DNA of 64,000 nucleotides from the human T2T-CHM13v2.0 reference genome, Homo sapiens. Positions 18,462 to 32,942 of the stretch are shown here, piece by piece. The stretch lies in NCBI RefSeq assembly GCF_009914755.1, contig NC_060931.1; one strand, 5' to 3'. The notes below the pieces were generated by a model, which worked only from the letters and a program-made list of their open reading frames with translations, was not told the DNA's origin and searched no databases. Within the stretch, counting starts at the first letter, position 1; each line of letters opens with the position of its first letter. Position numbers and translations under genes: made by a program.

Positions 18462-19173
18462 TCAGAAAATCTCATTCCATAAAGTCATGTTTCTAAATGT
18501 GAATGATTTTGTGTTACCTTAAATATAAAATTAAAATACTTGTTTTTCATTTTCTGGTAATTTTCATGCACTTTTTAAAACACATCTCTTACCGGAGTTT
18601 GCAATTCCCATTCTCTTTCTAGTAATATCTATATTGATTTAATTTACATAGCAAATAGTCTTTACCAAGGAGAAAAAAATCTAACTTTTAAATTTTTTCC
18701 AAACCCAAATCTTCCTTTTAGAGAACTTGAATAAAAAAACTGCCTTATTTGACTATGTCATTGCTCTTTCCCAAGTTAATTTTATGACTATGTCTTTGTA
18801 TTGAATTTGTTCACTCACATCTAACTGACCCAAATGCCTTATCAAGTGCCCAAATCAGGTCAAGGATAAGAGCTGCTAGTGATGCTATTTTGAGAAGAAA
18901 CAAAATGTACTGTAATATACCAGTTCCCATTATGCCAAAATGCACCATTTCTTTGGCACATACATGTTATGTTTTACCAATAAGAGAAACAGTGATGAGC
19001 TGAGAAGGTAGTTCATCTGTACAGAATGGTTTGACTATTTTGTCTATGGATATTCACTGAAACCTTTCTAAAGTGTGGTTAGTATATGAAAGCATATATT
19101 TTGATTTACAAATGCAGAATTTTACTTGCTACATATAGGTGATCATTAGTCCTTTCAAGGACGGGAAATGTCC

Positions 19174-19466
<293 letters not shown>

Positions 19467-19624
19467 AAGAAATGTATTTCTTTTACCTTTGTACACTGAG
19501 TATCTAGCCCATTGCCTGCACATTGTAAGTGCTTAAGAAGTGTTTGTTAAACCAGTGATACCACAACACAGTTGACTTATTGAAAAGCAACTGCCAAGTT
19601 GTACCATACTGCAACAGGCACTGT

Positions 19625-19690
19625 GGCTAATTAGCTCAGTTTATTAGTGCAAGGAAGTGAGGTCAAGGACTCAATTCCCAAAAGGATCTT
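19625..19690 (+). mobile_element. Degenerate tRNA-Ile-derived SINE head (MamSINE1-like)
   Basis: ggctaattagctcagtttattagtgc...tgaggtcaagg...tcaattccc aligns loosely to tRNA-Ile GGCCGGTTAGCTCAGTTGGTTAGAGC...GCCAAGG...TTCGATCCC. Confidence 0.5.
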
Positions 19691-20739
19691 TTGGCCTTAT
19701 TCTAGTCACAATTTCATACCTTGTTCCATCCAACAAGCCATCTCTCCTATGACTGCAAGGAGAATCAGACAAGCAGAGGCAGAAAGAAATAGTTTAACAC
19801 AATTCATCACCATTCTAATACAGATAATTTAGAAATTAAACAGGTAATAAATGAACTGTGCATCCTTTTGATATGAAAAATTCCAATATTTCAGTATGTG
19901 AGATTTGGTTATAAGGGTAAAATAAAAAGTTCTGGAGATAATGGTTACAAAACAATGTGTATGACACTAAATTGTACATTTTAAATAGTTAAATGGTAAA
20001 TTTAATGTTATGCATATTTTGCCACAATAAAAAATAAAGTTAAATTATTAAAATGTGAAAAAAAATTATAAGTTAACACAGCTTAAATTAACATCCAGCA
20101 ACCTCACATGTAAAATAAACAGGTAAAAAATGAAAAAAAAAGAGTAAAATAATAACATTAACTGCTGATCCTTAAAGTAATACAAACTAATATAGAAACC
20201 CTGTATCATTTTATTATAACTGTAAAGTTTGTCACAGAGTTCTTATGAGGATAATGTCTTGTGATTGCTATAAAAAGTCATTTAATTCAAAACATTTGGC
20301 TAATAAAGGATTTCTTTTTTTTGGACAAGGGAATTTCAATAAAATGCTTTGCAAAATAAAGAAAATGAATGGATACAAGACATATAGTCTTAAAAATAAA
20401 GCTTTTCTCCAAGGACTCTCAAATAAACTTCTATTATGAACAGAGCCTATTTCAGTAGTTTGAACACAGGAGAATTTTAATTTGTTTTCAAGATTTCACT
20501 GGCTCTAATGTCTCAGGAAAGTAAGCCAGCTTCTATATACACATTTTCTATATAAGTGGAAATAATACTACTTACTGCTTCATATGGGGTGCTATGTGAA
20601 TTAATTGGTTAATGGTCTTAAAGCACTGCCTAAGTACTAAACGTTATCATTAGTGTGCATTGTATATCTCTTTGCAATTATCTGCCACCTTAAAATGCTG
20701 TGGCTTGTAAGGCTGCCTCTCTCTTGGAATATTTACAAA

Positions 20740-20756
20740 AGGTTAAAGAAAGTTCA
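20740..20756 (+). promoter_or_regulatory. Near-consensus DR5 RARE (1 mismatch)
   Basis: AGGTTA-aagaa-AGTTCA in non-repeat DNA. Confidence 0.3.
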
Positions 20757-21260
20757 AGAGGAAAAAAAGCATGTAGGCTAAGGTAAGGCAGAAGAAAGGG
20801 AAATTCAAAATCTGACATGTTTTATTACATGCTTTTTGTTACATCGTATTACATGTTTCTTGAAATTACAGATCATTATGCTAGAAGAAAAAATTTAGTC
20901 ACACACATTTTGAATTCAAAATATGCTACATAGTTTTAAGAAATCAATCTATAATAGAACTAAGCAAATAAAGTATACATTGCATTAAGATAAAGTTATA
21001 ATTTATTTTATTATAATTTAATTGTTAATCATAATAGTTACATGTTTAATCTTATTAGTTGAAAGAGCCTATCTGACATCTGTGAGACCAGATCCAATAA
21101 TGCCTGTGTTTTTTTTTTTTCTGCTGTTAAAGTCTTCAAATATTTTTTGGAAGATAAATTCTTAAATGCACAGAATAAAATTTCTACTGAATTAATAAGA
21201 AAAACAATAGTAGTAGTAGTAATACCTTACACTTACACAGTGATTTATAATTATACCAGG

Positions 21261-21688
21261 TAGCAAGAACTGTGAAGGTCTGAGACTTTACCTTACCAGT
21301 CTGCAAACTAGTCTGCTAGTTTCATGGGTGCTGACAGAAGACACAAGACTCCTGGATCAAAGACAAGTGACAGTTTATTACTAATAGCAATGGCAGTAGC
21401 CAGAGCATCTTCATTTTCTTGTGGCAGTAGCCCAAGCCCCAGTTCCCACAGGGTGACACAAGGGCTACGAGACATGTGCACACACACTGGGTTGTATTAC
21501 AGAAGAGTAACCCTGAGCTTAGAAAACCTCAGTCTTTTCCCTTTGCTCCAGAGAAAGACATTCTCTCTTCCAAGGCTGTTTGCTATACCAAAATTCATGA
21601 AAAAAAGTCCAGAATAAGAGGCTAGCAGTGCCTCTGCTCACAAGACATGCATAAATATTTGAGAACCAAGGAGAGTTATGTCCCAATA
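21261..21688 (-). mobile_element. LTR40-like (ERVL) solo LTR
   Basis: caagaactgtgaaggtctgaga...ctttgctccagag...ttccaaggctgtttgctatac...cagtgcctctgctcacaagac...tcccaata, reverse complement of LTR40 as I recall it. Confidence 0.75.
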
Positions 21689-21689
21689 C

Positions 21690-21822
21690 TAGGGTGACCA
21701 TATATCCTAGTTTGCTTGTGACAGTCTTGACCAATACTAGTTGTCTCAGCTTAATTATTAATAGCACCCCTTTCCACTCTCGCAAGTGTACCAGTTTGGA
21801 CAAGAAATTATATAGTTACCAC
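21690..21822 (+). mobile_element. MER94-like hAT-Blackjack element
   Basis: tagggtgaccatat...taattattaatagcacccc...ccagtttggac...aaattatatagttacc. Confidence 0.8.
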
Positions 21823-22489
21823 AGTTATAATTCTTTAAAAAATTACCTGCCTGGTCAGAGTACTGCTGATATCTACAGTTAGGGTTGGGTCAATCAAATA
21901 GCACAAGAGAGTAAAAGTCAAAAGGGGGAAAAGCAAATCATGCATATCATTTTAATAATATGCATTATTATATGCATAGAATAATATGCATTATTCTAAA
22001 TGAAGAAGACTTCAAGCACTTATTTAGAAGAAAAGAGACTATTCCAGGAAAAATAAAAGCTGGTTTGATTGTGTCTTAACCACTTAAGACAAACCACTTA
22101 AAAATGGCAACTGAAGCTTTGCATAACTGGTACAGTAATTACACTATTTTGCCTGAATACTTGTCCTTCTTTACTGAAAGATCTCAGGTAATTTTTACCC
22201 TAAGTATCCCTGAAACTAAGAAATTTTCTGACTTCCATTTTGAGTTGTAAAGAATATTAAAACTTTACAGAATATTAAAAATTACCAGGATATTTCAGCC
22301 ACATCCAGACAATTTACTCCTGGCAGGTTCCCCATTCTTCTCACCCCTCCGCACAGTTCAAGCTATTTGATTTTGACAGCATTCCACACCCGTCCTCATT
22401 CTCTTCCCCTACTTCCCCACCCTTGAGCTCAACTCTGACCCCTGTGTCTACCATCAATTCTGACCTTAGACAATAGTGATTTAATGAGT

Positions 22490-22975
22490 TTTCACTCAAT
22501 ACTATGGAACCAAGCTCAATTTATCCCTGGCTCAAATAGCCCAGTTCTATCTAGAGCACTTTGGTCTTATTCCATAGATCATCAGTGTCCATCCAAATTT
22601 CCAATTACAGTAAGTAAATCCTTGATGGTCTCATTCCCTGAACTTAAATTGGTACTTCAGTCCTTGGGGATTGGGACCCTCCCATACACTTGTCAGGCCC
22701 CTCGCAGGGAAGAGAATCCTGCAGCAGATCATAAGTCCTGAACCAAGGGTTTGCCAACCTGACCATGCTGGTTTTCAAATATCACAAGCTTCTGGGTTCT
22801 CTGTACCTATGTTTTGCATGCCTGTTGAGGACCATTATCGCCACATGGGACTTTCGAGATACACGACATTTTACTGGAATATCTTCCACCCCATATACCT
22901 ACCATGGAGTGCCCATGAGCATGGACTTTCTCTCTTAATTTACCCAGAGTCTCTCATGATAATGATCATTTCAAA
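22490..22975 (-). mobile_element. Possible ancient CR1/L3-type ORF1 (SGNH esterase) remnant
   Basis: Minus-strand fragments IIIMRDS, NIGTEN, ILFP, GH*-DLWNK and GL-LSQG in the order and rough spacing of SGNH motifs; heavily degraded. Confidence 0.35.
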
Positions 22976-23486
22976 GACCTCAGGTCAATTACAGTCTTAT
23001 TCCTTCCCATTCTGCCAGTTCTGCACCAAGTGGCCTGTTCATACTTGACTCTATTCTGAAATGTCACTGAGAATTTTTGTATTGCTGTTCTCCTTTCACA
23101 ACTATATCTAATGAATTAATTTCATTATTCCAGCAGGTTCTCTGTATGAAAACAACAAAGTTTAACAAAGTGTCTGTGTTGCAAAATGGTCTCAGTATGT
23201 GATAGATTATGAGAATGCCTAGACTTTGTTTATGAGTTTGCAAATTTTCAATTCATATGGGTCCTTAGGAAATTACTTAAATCTCAATGTAAAATAAAAT
23301 AACAAAATTCCATAGAAAAAGTTGTATGTACATTATAATTGCAATTGTGTAAAGAAAAAATCATGGGTGTGAGCAAAGTCTAAAAAGCAATCCACAAACA
23401 GCAATATATTTCATAAACAAGTGAATAGTTAAGTTAGAGTAATGTAATTTTGGAGTTGTTTTCTTTTTTAAAAAATATCCATGTTG

Positions 23487-26015
23487 TGAGATCTAATTAA
23501 AATAAAGAGCTTATGCACAGCAAAAGAAACTATCAACAGAGTAAACAGACAACTTACAGAATGGGAGAAAATTTTTGCAAACTATGCATCTGAGAAAGGT
23601 CTAATATCTAGCATCTACAAGGAACTTAAACAAATTTACAAGAAAAAAAACCCATAAAAAAGTGGGCAAAGGACATCAACAGACACTTTTCAAAAGAAGA
23701 CATACATGTGGCCAACAATCATATGAAAAAAGCTCAACATCACTGATCATTAGAGAAATGCAAATCAAAACCACAATGAGATACCCCTCATACCAGTCAG
23801 TGGCTATTATTAAAAAGTCAAAAAATAACTGATGCTGGTGAGGTTGTGGAGAAAAAGAAATGTTTACACACTGTTAGTGGGAGTGTAAATTAGTTCAACT
23901 ATTGTGGAAGACAGTGTTCCTCAAAGACTTAAAGACAGAAATACCGCTGTAAGAAACATAGAAAACCCTCTCCCTCTCCCTCTCCCTCTCCCTCTCCCTC
24001 TCCCGATGCCGAGCCGAAGCTGGACTGTACTGCTGCCATCTCGGCTCACTGCAACCTCCCTGCCTGATTCTCCTGCCTCAGCCTGCCCAGTGCCTGCAAT
24101 TGCAGGCACGCGACGCCACGCCTCACTGGTTTTCGTATTTTTTTGGTGGAGACGGGGTTTCGCTGTGTTGGCCGGGCTGGTCTCCAGCTCCTAGCCGCGA
24201 GTGATCCGCCAGCCTCGGCCTCCCGGGGTGCCGGGATTGCAGACGGAGTCTGGTTCACTCAATGCTCAATGGTGCCCAGGCTGGAGTGCAGTGGCGTGAT
24301 CTCGGCTCGCTACAACCTCCACCTCCCAGCCGCCTGCCTTGGCCTCCCAAAGTGCCGAGATTGCAGCCTCTGCCCGGCCGCCACCCCGTCTGGGAAGGGA
24401 GGAGCGTCTCTGCCTGGCCGCCCATCGCCTGGGACGTGAGGAGCCCCTCTGCCTGGCTGCCCAGTCTGGAAAGTGAGGAGCGTCTCTGCCCGGCCGCCAT
24501 CCCATCTAGGAAGTGACGAGCGCCTCTTCCCGGTCGCCATCCCATCTAGGAAGTGAGGAGCGTCTCTGCCCGGCCGCCCATCGTCTGAGATGTGGGGAGA
24601 GCCTCTGCCCCGCCGCCCCGCCTGGGATGTGAGGAGCGCCTCTACCCGGCCGCGACCCCGTCTGGGAGGTGAGGAGCGTCTCTGCCCGGCCGCCCCGTCT
24701 GAGAAGTGAGGAGACCCTCCGCCTGGCAACCGCCCATCTGAGAAGTGAGGAGCCCCTCCGCCCGGCAGTCACCCCGTCTGGGAAGTGAGGAGCGTCTCCG
24801 CCCAGCAGCCACCCCGTCCGGGAGGGAGGTGGGGGTCAGCCCCCGCCAGACCAGCCGCCCCGTCCAGGAGGGAGGTGGGGGGGTCAGCCCCCCGCCCGGC
24901 CAGCCGCCCCATCCGGGAGGTGAGGGGCGCCTCTGCCCTGCCGCCTCTACTGGGAAGTGAGGAGCCCCTCTGCCCGGCCAGCCGCCCCGTCAGGGAGGGA
25001 GGTGGGGGGGTCAGCCCCCTGCCCGGCCAGCCACCCCGTCTGGGAGGGAGGTGGGGGGGTCAGCCCCCCCGCCCGGCCAGCTGCCCCTTCTGGGAGGCGA
25101 GGGGCGCCTCTGCCCGGCCGCCCCTACTGGGAAGTGAGGAACCCCTCTGCCTGGCCAGCCGCCCCGTCCGGGAGGGAGGTGGGGGGGTCAGCCCCCCACC
25201 CGGCCAGCCACCCCGTCCGGGAGGGAGGTGGGGGGATCAGCCCCCTGCCCGGCCAGCCGCTCCGTCCGGGAGGGAGGTGGGGGGGGTCAGCCCGCCGCCC
25301 GGCCAGCTGCCCCGTCCGGGAGGTGAGGGGTGCCTCTGCCCGGCCGCCCCTACTGGGAAGTGAGGAGCCCCTCTGCCCGGCCAGCCGCCCCGTCCGGGAG
25401 GGAGGTGGGGGGGTCAGCCCCCTGCCCGGCCAGCCGCCCCATCCGGGAGGTGAGGGGCGCCTCTGCCCAGCCGCCCCTACTGGGAAGTGAGGAGCCCCTC
25501 TGCCCGGCCACCACCCCGTCTGGGAGGTGTACCCAACAGCTCATTGAGAACGGGCCATGATGACAATGGCGGTTTTGTGGAATAGAAAGGGGGAAAGGTG
25601 GGGAAAAGATTGAGGAATCGGATGGTTGCTGTGTCTGTGTAGAAAGAGGTAGACATGGGAGACTTTTCATTTTGTTCTGTACTAAGAAAAATTCTTATCC
25701 TGTTGATCTGTGACCTTACCCCCAACCCTGTGCTCTCTGAATCATGTGCTGTGTCCACTCAGGGTTAAATGGATTAAGGGCGGTGCAAGATGTGCTTTGT
25801 TAAACAGATGCTTGAAGGCAGCATGCTCATTAAGAGTCATCACCACTCCCTAATCTCAAGTACCCAGGGACACAAACACGGCGGAAGGCCGCAGGGTCCT
25901 CTGCCTAGGAAAACCAGAGACCTTTGTTCACTTGTTTATCTGCTGACCTTCCCTCCACTATTGTCCTATGACCCTGCCAAATCCCCCTCTGCGAGAAACA
26001 CCCAAGAATAATCAA

Positions 26016-26064
<49 letters not shown>

Positions 26065-26632
26065 AAAGAAACATTTAAAAAAAAAAAGACAGAAATACCA
26101 TTTGACCCAGCAATCCCATTACTGGGAATATACCCAAAGTAATACAAGTCATTCTATTACAAAGACACATGTGTGTGTATGTTTATTGCAACACTATTCA
26201 CAATAGCAAAGACATGGAATCAACCTAAATGCTCATCAGTGATAGACTGGATAAAGAAAATGTGGTATATATACACCATGGAATACTATGCAGCCATAAA
26301 AAAAAGATCATGTCCTTTGCAGGGACATGGATGAAGCTGGAGGCCATTATCCTTAGCAAACTAACACAGGAACAGAAAACCAAATACTGCATGTTCTCGC
26401 TTATAAGTTGGAGCTAAATGATGAAAACACATGGACACATTGTGGGGAACAACACACACTGGGGCCTATCAGAGGGTAGAGGGTGGGAGGAGGGAGAGGA
26501 TCAGGAAAAATAACTTAGGGTAATAGGCTTAATCACCTGGGTGATGAAATAATCTGCACAACAAACCCACATGACACACATTTACCTATATAACAAACCT
26601 GCACATGTACCCCTGAACTTAAAATAAAAGGA
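23487..26632 (+). mobile_element. 5'-truncated primate L1 (older L1PA/L1PREC type) interrupted by an SVA
   Basis: L1 ORF2 end 23487-23945 resumes at ~26100 through the 3'UTR (cacatgtacccctgaacttaaaataaaag); imperfect TSD aaaatatccatgttg / aaaaaatccattttg. Confidence 0.93.
23966..26065 (+). mobile_element. Full-length SVA retrotransposon (young, D-F type)
   Basis: (CCCTCT)6 hexamer, antisense Alu-like region, GC-rich VNTR (~24350-25530), SINE-R, AATAAA and (TAAA)n tail; TSDs described in findings. Confidence 0.98.
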
Positions 26633-27128
26633 AAAAAAATCCATTTTGCATTTTGAAAAGGAAAAGAAAATTATGATATGTATTTATCATAAGGTAATAC
26701 TTTGTAAGCACACTGGGATAACAATGAAAAATACTGTAGTTATCAATGCTTCCTTTTTAATGAGCTCTTCCTTAATCAAATCTTGGTTTAGCTTTGTATT
26801 GATTTTAGAACATGCTCCCTTTCCTATGCACATGTGTGTTTTTCAAAGGCTGCAAAAGGTTAACAATTGTTATATATCATTATATACTAACAGTTGGTCT
26901 AATGACTAAGGATTGAATCAGCAATCTTGGTAACTTCCTCTTAGCTCTATGACCCTAGCAAGGCACTTAACCTCTGTTTCTCTTTCAAAAGGAATAACAA
27001 CAATTGCTGAATTCGGAAAATATCTATAGACTATATTTATATTAAGACCTTTCAGTGAAAATGAGAAATGAATGTAAACTCATAAAGACCCAGTTCAGAT
27101 AATGTACTTCTGTAGTCTAACACATGAA

Positions 27129-27466
27129 TTTTTTTTCTTTTTTTTTTTTTTTGTTTCTTTTGTTTTTTGGGTTTTTTTTTTTTGAGACAGAGTCTCACTT
27201 TGTCACACAAGCTGAAGTGCAGTGGTGCAATCTCGGCTCATTCCAACCTCTGCCTCCCGGGTTCAAGCCATTCTCCTGAGTCAGCCTCCTGAGTAGCTGG
27301 GACTACAAGCGCCCGCCACCATACCCGGCTAATTTTTTTGTATTTTTAGTAGAGACAGGGTTTCACCCTGTTAGCCAGGCTGGTTTCGAACTCAAGTCCT
27401 CAGGTGATCCACCTGCCTCAGCCTCTCAAAGTGCTTGGATTACAGGCATGAACCACCGTGCCTGGT
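27129..27466 (-). mobile_element. AluS
   Basis: Long T tract then antisense Alu; TSD-like taacacatgaa / taatacatgaa. Confidence 0.92.
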
Positions 27467-27560
27467 CTAATACATGAAATTTTTATTTGATAAAAATGTG
27501 TTCTTAGATTGTAACTGAGATTACTGACTATGGAATTTAAGTTAGATTGTTATTATATTA

Positions 27561-27877
<317 letters not shown>

Positions 27878-28024
27878 CTTTGCTAAATATCAGAACAACA
27901 TTTTGACAAATTTTCAATGAAAGGCATAGTATGACATGTAGAAAACATATAATTTCCATGGGCCAAAGTTAGAATTTACCATTATAGAGAAAATAATTTC
28001 TTTATAGAAATGTTAAAGTTCTTC

Positions 28025-28803
28025 GGCCTCCTTGGGACTAGGTTTCCGCGGCTGCTGCGATGACCAAAATAAAGGTAGATTCGATGGGCCCGAGGCTCAG
28101 GAGGAGGCGTGCTCCGGGGAGCGCACCTACCAGGAGCTGCTGGTTAACCAGAACCCCATCGTGCAGCCCCTGGCTTCTCGCCGCCTCACGCGGAACCTCT
28201 ACAAATGCATCAAGAAAGCCATGAAGCAGAAGCAGCTTCGGCGCGGGGTGAAAGAGGTTCAGAAATTTGTCAACAAAGGAGAAAAAGGGATCATGGTTTT
28301 GGCAGAAGACACACTGCCCATTGAGGTATACTGCCATCTTCCAGTCATGTGTGAGGACCGAAATCTGGCCTATGTCTCTATCCCTCTAAGATGAACCTGG
28401 GTGCAGCCGCAGGCTCCAAGTGCCCCACCTGTGTGATAATGGTCAAGCCCCACAAGGAGTACCAGGAGGCCTACGACAAGTGCCTGGAGGAGGTGCAGTC
28501 CCTACCCCTACCCCTATGAGGGGCTCCAGTAGCACCTGGGCACCTGCCTCTGGAAGCTACTGGGCTGACGGCGGGACGACCGGCTGTCCTCTTGCCCACC
28601 CACACTGACGGCATCTTCCTAGTTCCCCAAGGCACGCCTTCTTCCCAGGCAGCTCTTACAGCCCTTTCATGAAGGTAATGCCCGCCTTCTCTCCATCAGT
28701 GCCATTTCCCATAGAACTAAAGGGTATTCCAAGAATGGGGGGTGGGGAAAGTAAATGCTAAGACTAAAAAGAATAAAAAATAAAAATAAAATAAAATAAA
28801 ATT
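28025..28803 (+). pseudogene. NHP2P2: Processed pseudogene of NHP2 (H/ACA RNP subunit 2)
   Basis: ATG 28060 MTKIKVD, 1-nt frameshift, then DGPEAQEEACSGERTYQELLVNQNPI...GVKEVQKFVNKGEKGIMVLA...; second frameshift ~28385; native stop 28517-28519; 3'UTR and A-rich tail; 16-bp TSD aatgttaaagttcttc at 28009-28024 and 28804-28819. The P2 number comes from recalled locus order. Confidence 0.96.
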
Positions 28804-28821
28804 AATGTTAAAGTTCTTCTA

Positions 28822-29837
<1,016 letters not shown>

Positions 29838-30366
29838 TTAGTGAATGGAGATCTATTATGACTTTAACAAGAATATTACTCACCAGGGGGATTACTGCTA
29901 TTAACAGTAGGATGTATCATTTAAGACATTAAAATTGAATGGAAATGTTTTTCAACCATTTAAATAAAACTCCTTGTTCTTTACTTCACAATGAAGCTTT
30001 CTTTTGCTAGCTTCTGTATTGTAGGAGTTTATGCAAGATTTTCCTGGTAGTACCATTTCAGATTACTTTTACATTTGTAAACCCCTATATTCCCATTTCT
30101 GTTTCATAGAGACAGAACTAGAGAGATACTAAATTGATATAATTTAGCAATGTTTGCAATCTCATAGGTGAGAACTCTATTCTAGCTACAAAATTACCAC
30201 CATTACTATAAGCCAACTACATATCTCACGGTTAGACAAACTATTTGCATTCAAAGACCTCAGATGCTAAATCTGTTAGCTTTCTTCCTATATGTGCTAG
30301 ATTCTATGTAGGGAACTTAATCAAATATAAAGTATATGGGTCACTACAGAAAGAGGAAGAGAATGA

Positions 30367-31480
<1,114 letters not shown>

Positions 31481-31729
31481 AAAGCAATATGGTTAATATG
31501 AATCAAGAGCCTTGTGAACAATCTCACCCTTTGACCCAGTACTACCACTTCTGGGAGTCTATCCTTAGAAAGTGACGCAAAATGCTGACTACCCCCAAAA
31601 ATGTGCCAAAGATGTTAATAATAGCAAAATGCCAGAAATGATCTAAGTCCAACAAAAGGAATGTTAAAGCAAATTATGGTAATGCAAAGAATGAAGTATT
31701 TTGCAGCTATTAAAAATTATGCATGCATT

Positions 31730-31885
31730 GGCCAGGTGTGGTGGGTCACGCCTGTAATCTCAGCACTTTGGATGGCCGAGGTGGGTGGGTCACTTGAGGC
31801 CAGGAGTTCGAGAACAGCCTGGCCAACATGGTAAGACTCCAGCCTGGGCAACAGAGCAAGACTCCGTTTCAAAAAAAAAAAAAAA
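31730..31885 (+). mobile_element. Alu with ~150-bp internal deletion
   Basis: Left arm fused to the 3' end (ccaacatggtaag|actccagcctggg); 18-bp TSD aaaaattatgcatgcatt. Confidence 0.9.
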
Positions 31886-31987
31886 TTATGCATGCATTTA
31901 TATATATATATATATATAAAACATATATTTGTGTATATATATATAAATGCATGCATAATTATATATATATATGTTATAGATATATAA

Positions 31988-32322
<335 letters not shown>

Positions 32323-32705
32323 TAATGAAATGTTAAGTGAAAAAGGCAAGATACAAAATTATATGTGCTCTATGATGTAAACAGGAATGGAGGGCAGGAA
32401 ATTGGATTTAAAAATAAAAAGACCAAATAGAAATGATGACAACAATAGTAGCTTCTAGTTTGAGGAGACCGTGGGTGAATTTTTTCTAGTTCTTCACACT
32501 TACTTTTCAGTACTTTCCAAACATTTTCCAAACATTTTATATTTACATTTAATGAGAATGTAGTATTTTTATAATGACAGAAAATGGGTTGGGAACTGAA
32601 AGCAAATAAATTTTACTTTTTTTAGAAAATGGAAGGCATGAAGGTATTCAGATATAAGCAAATTTTTTAAAAAGCAAATACCTAAAAGTGAACGTAGATT
32701 GATCT

Positions 32706-32923
32706 TATTTTTGTTTTTGTTTTTTTGAGACAGGGTCTCACTCTGTCACTCAGGCTGAAGTGCAGTGGCACAATCTTTGCTCATTGCAACTGCCACCTCC
32801 CAGGCTCAAGCAATCCTCCCACCTCAGCCTCTTGAGTAGCTGGGGCTACAGACACCCTGCCATCACGCCTGGCTAATTTTTTGTATTTTTTGTAGAGATG
32901 AGTTTCACCATATTGCACAGACT
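32706..32923 (-). mobile_element. Partial AluJ
   Basis: Antisense right arm plus part of the left arm. Confidence 0.85.
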
Positions 32924-32942
32924 GTTTTGTTTTGTTTTTTAA

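Noticed and set aside
19625-19700. Functional tRNA gene
   Set aside because: The D-loop GG and B-box (GTTCGA) are lost and the cloverleaf cannot form.
24350-25530. Array of ~35-50-bp GC-rich repeats superficially like a CRISPR or novel tandem array
   Set aside because: It is the standard SVA VNTR, with no unique spacers, in a primate genome.
23904-26011. Long GC-rich ORFs of up to 192 aa
   Set aside because: All lie within the SVA Alu-like, VNTR or SINE-R regions; they are stop-poor repeat translations, not genes.
28032-28394. 120-aa NHP2-like ORF as a functional gene
   Set aside because: It starts at a non-ATG codon, the true ATG (28060) is out of frame, a second frameshift removes the C-terminus, and a poly(A) tail plus TSD mark it as a retrocopy.
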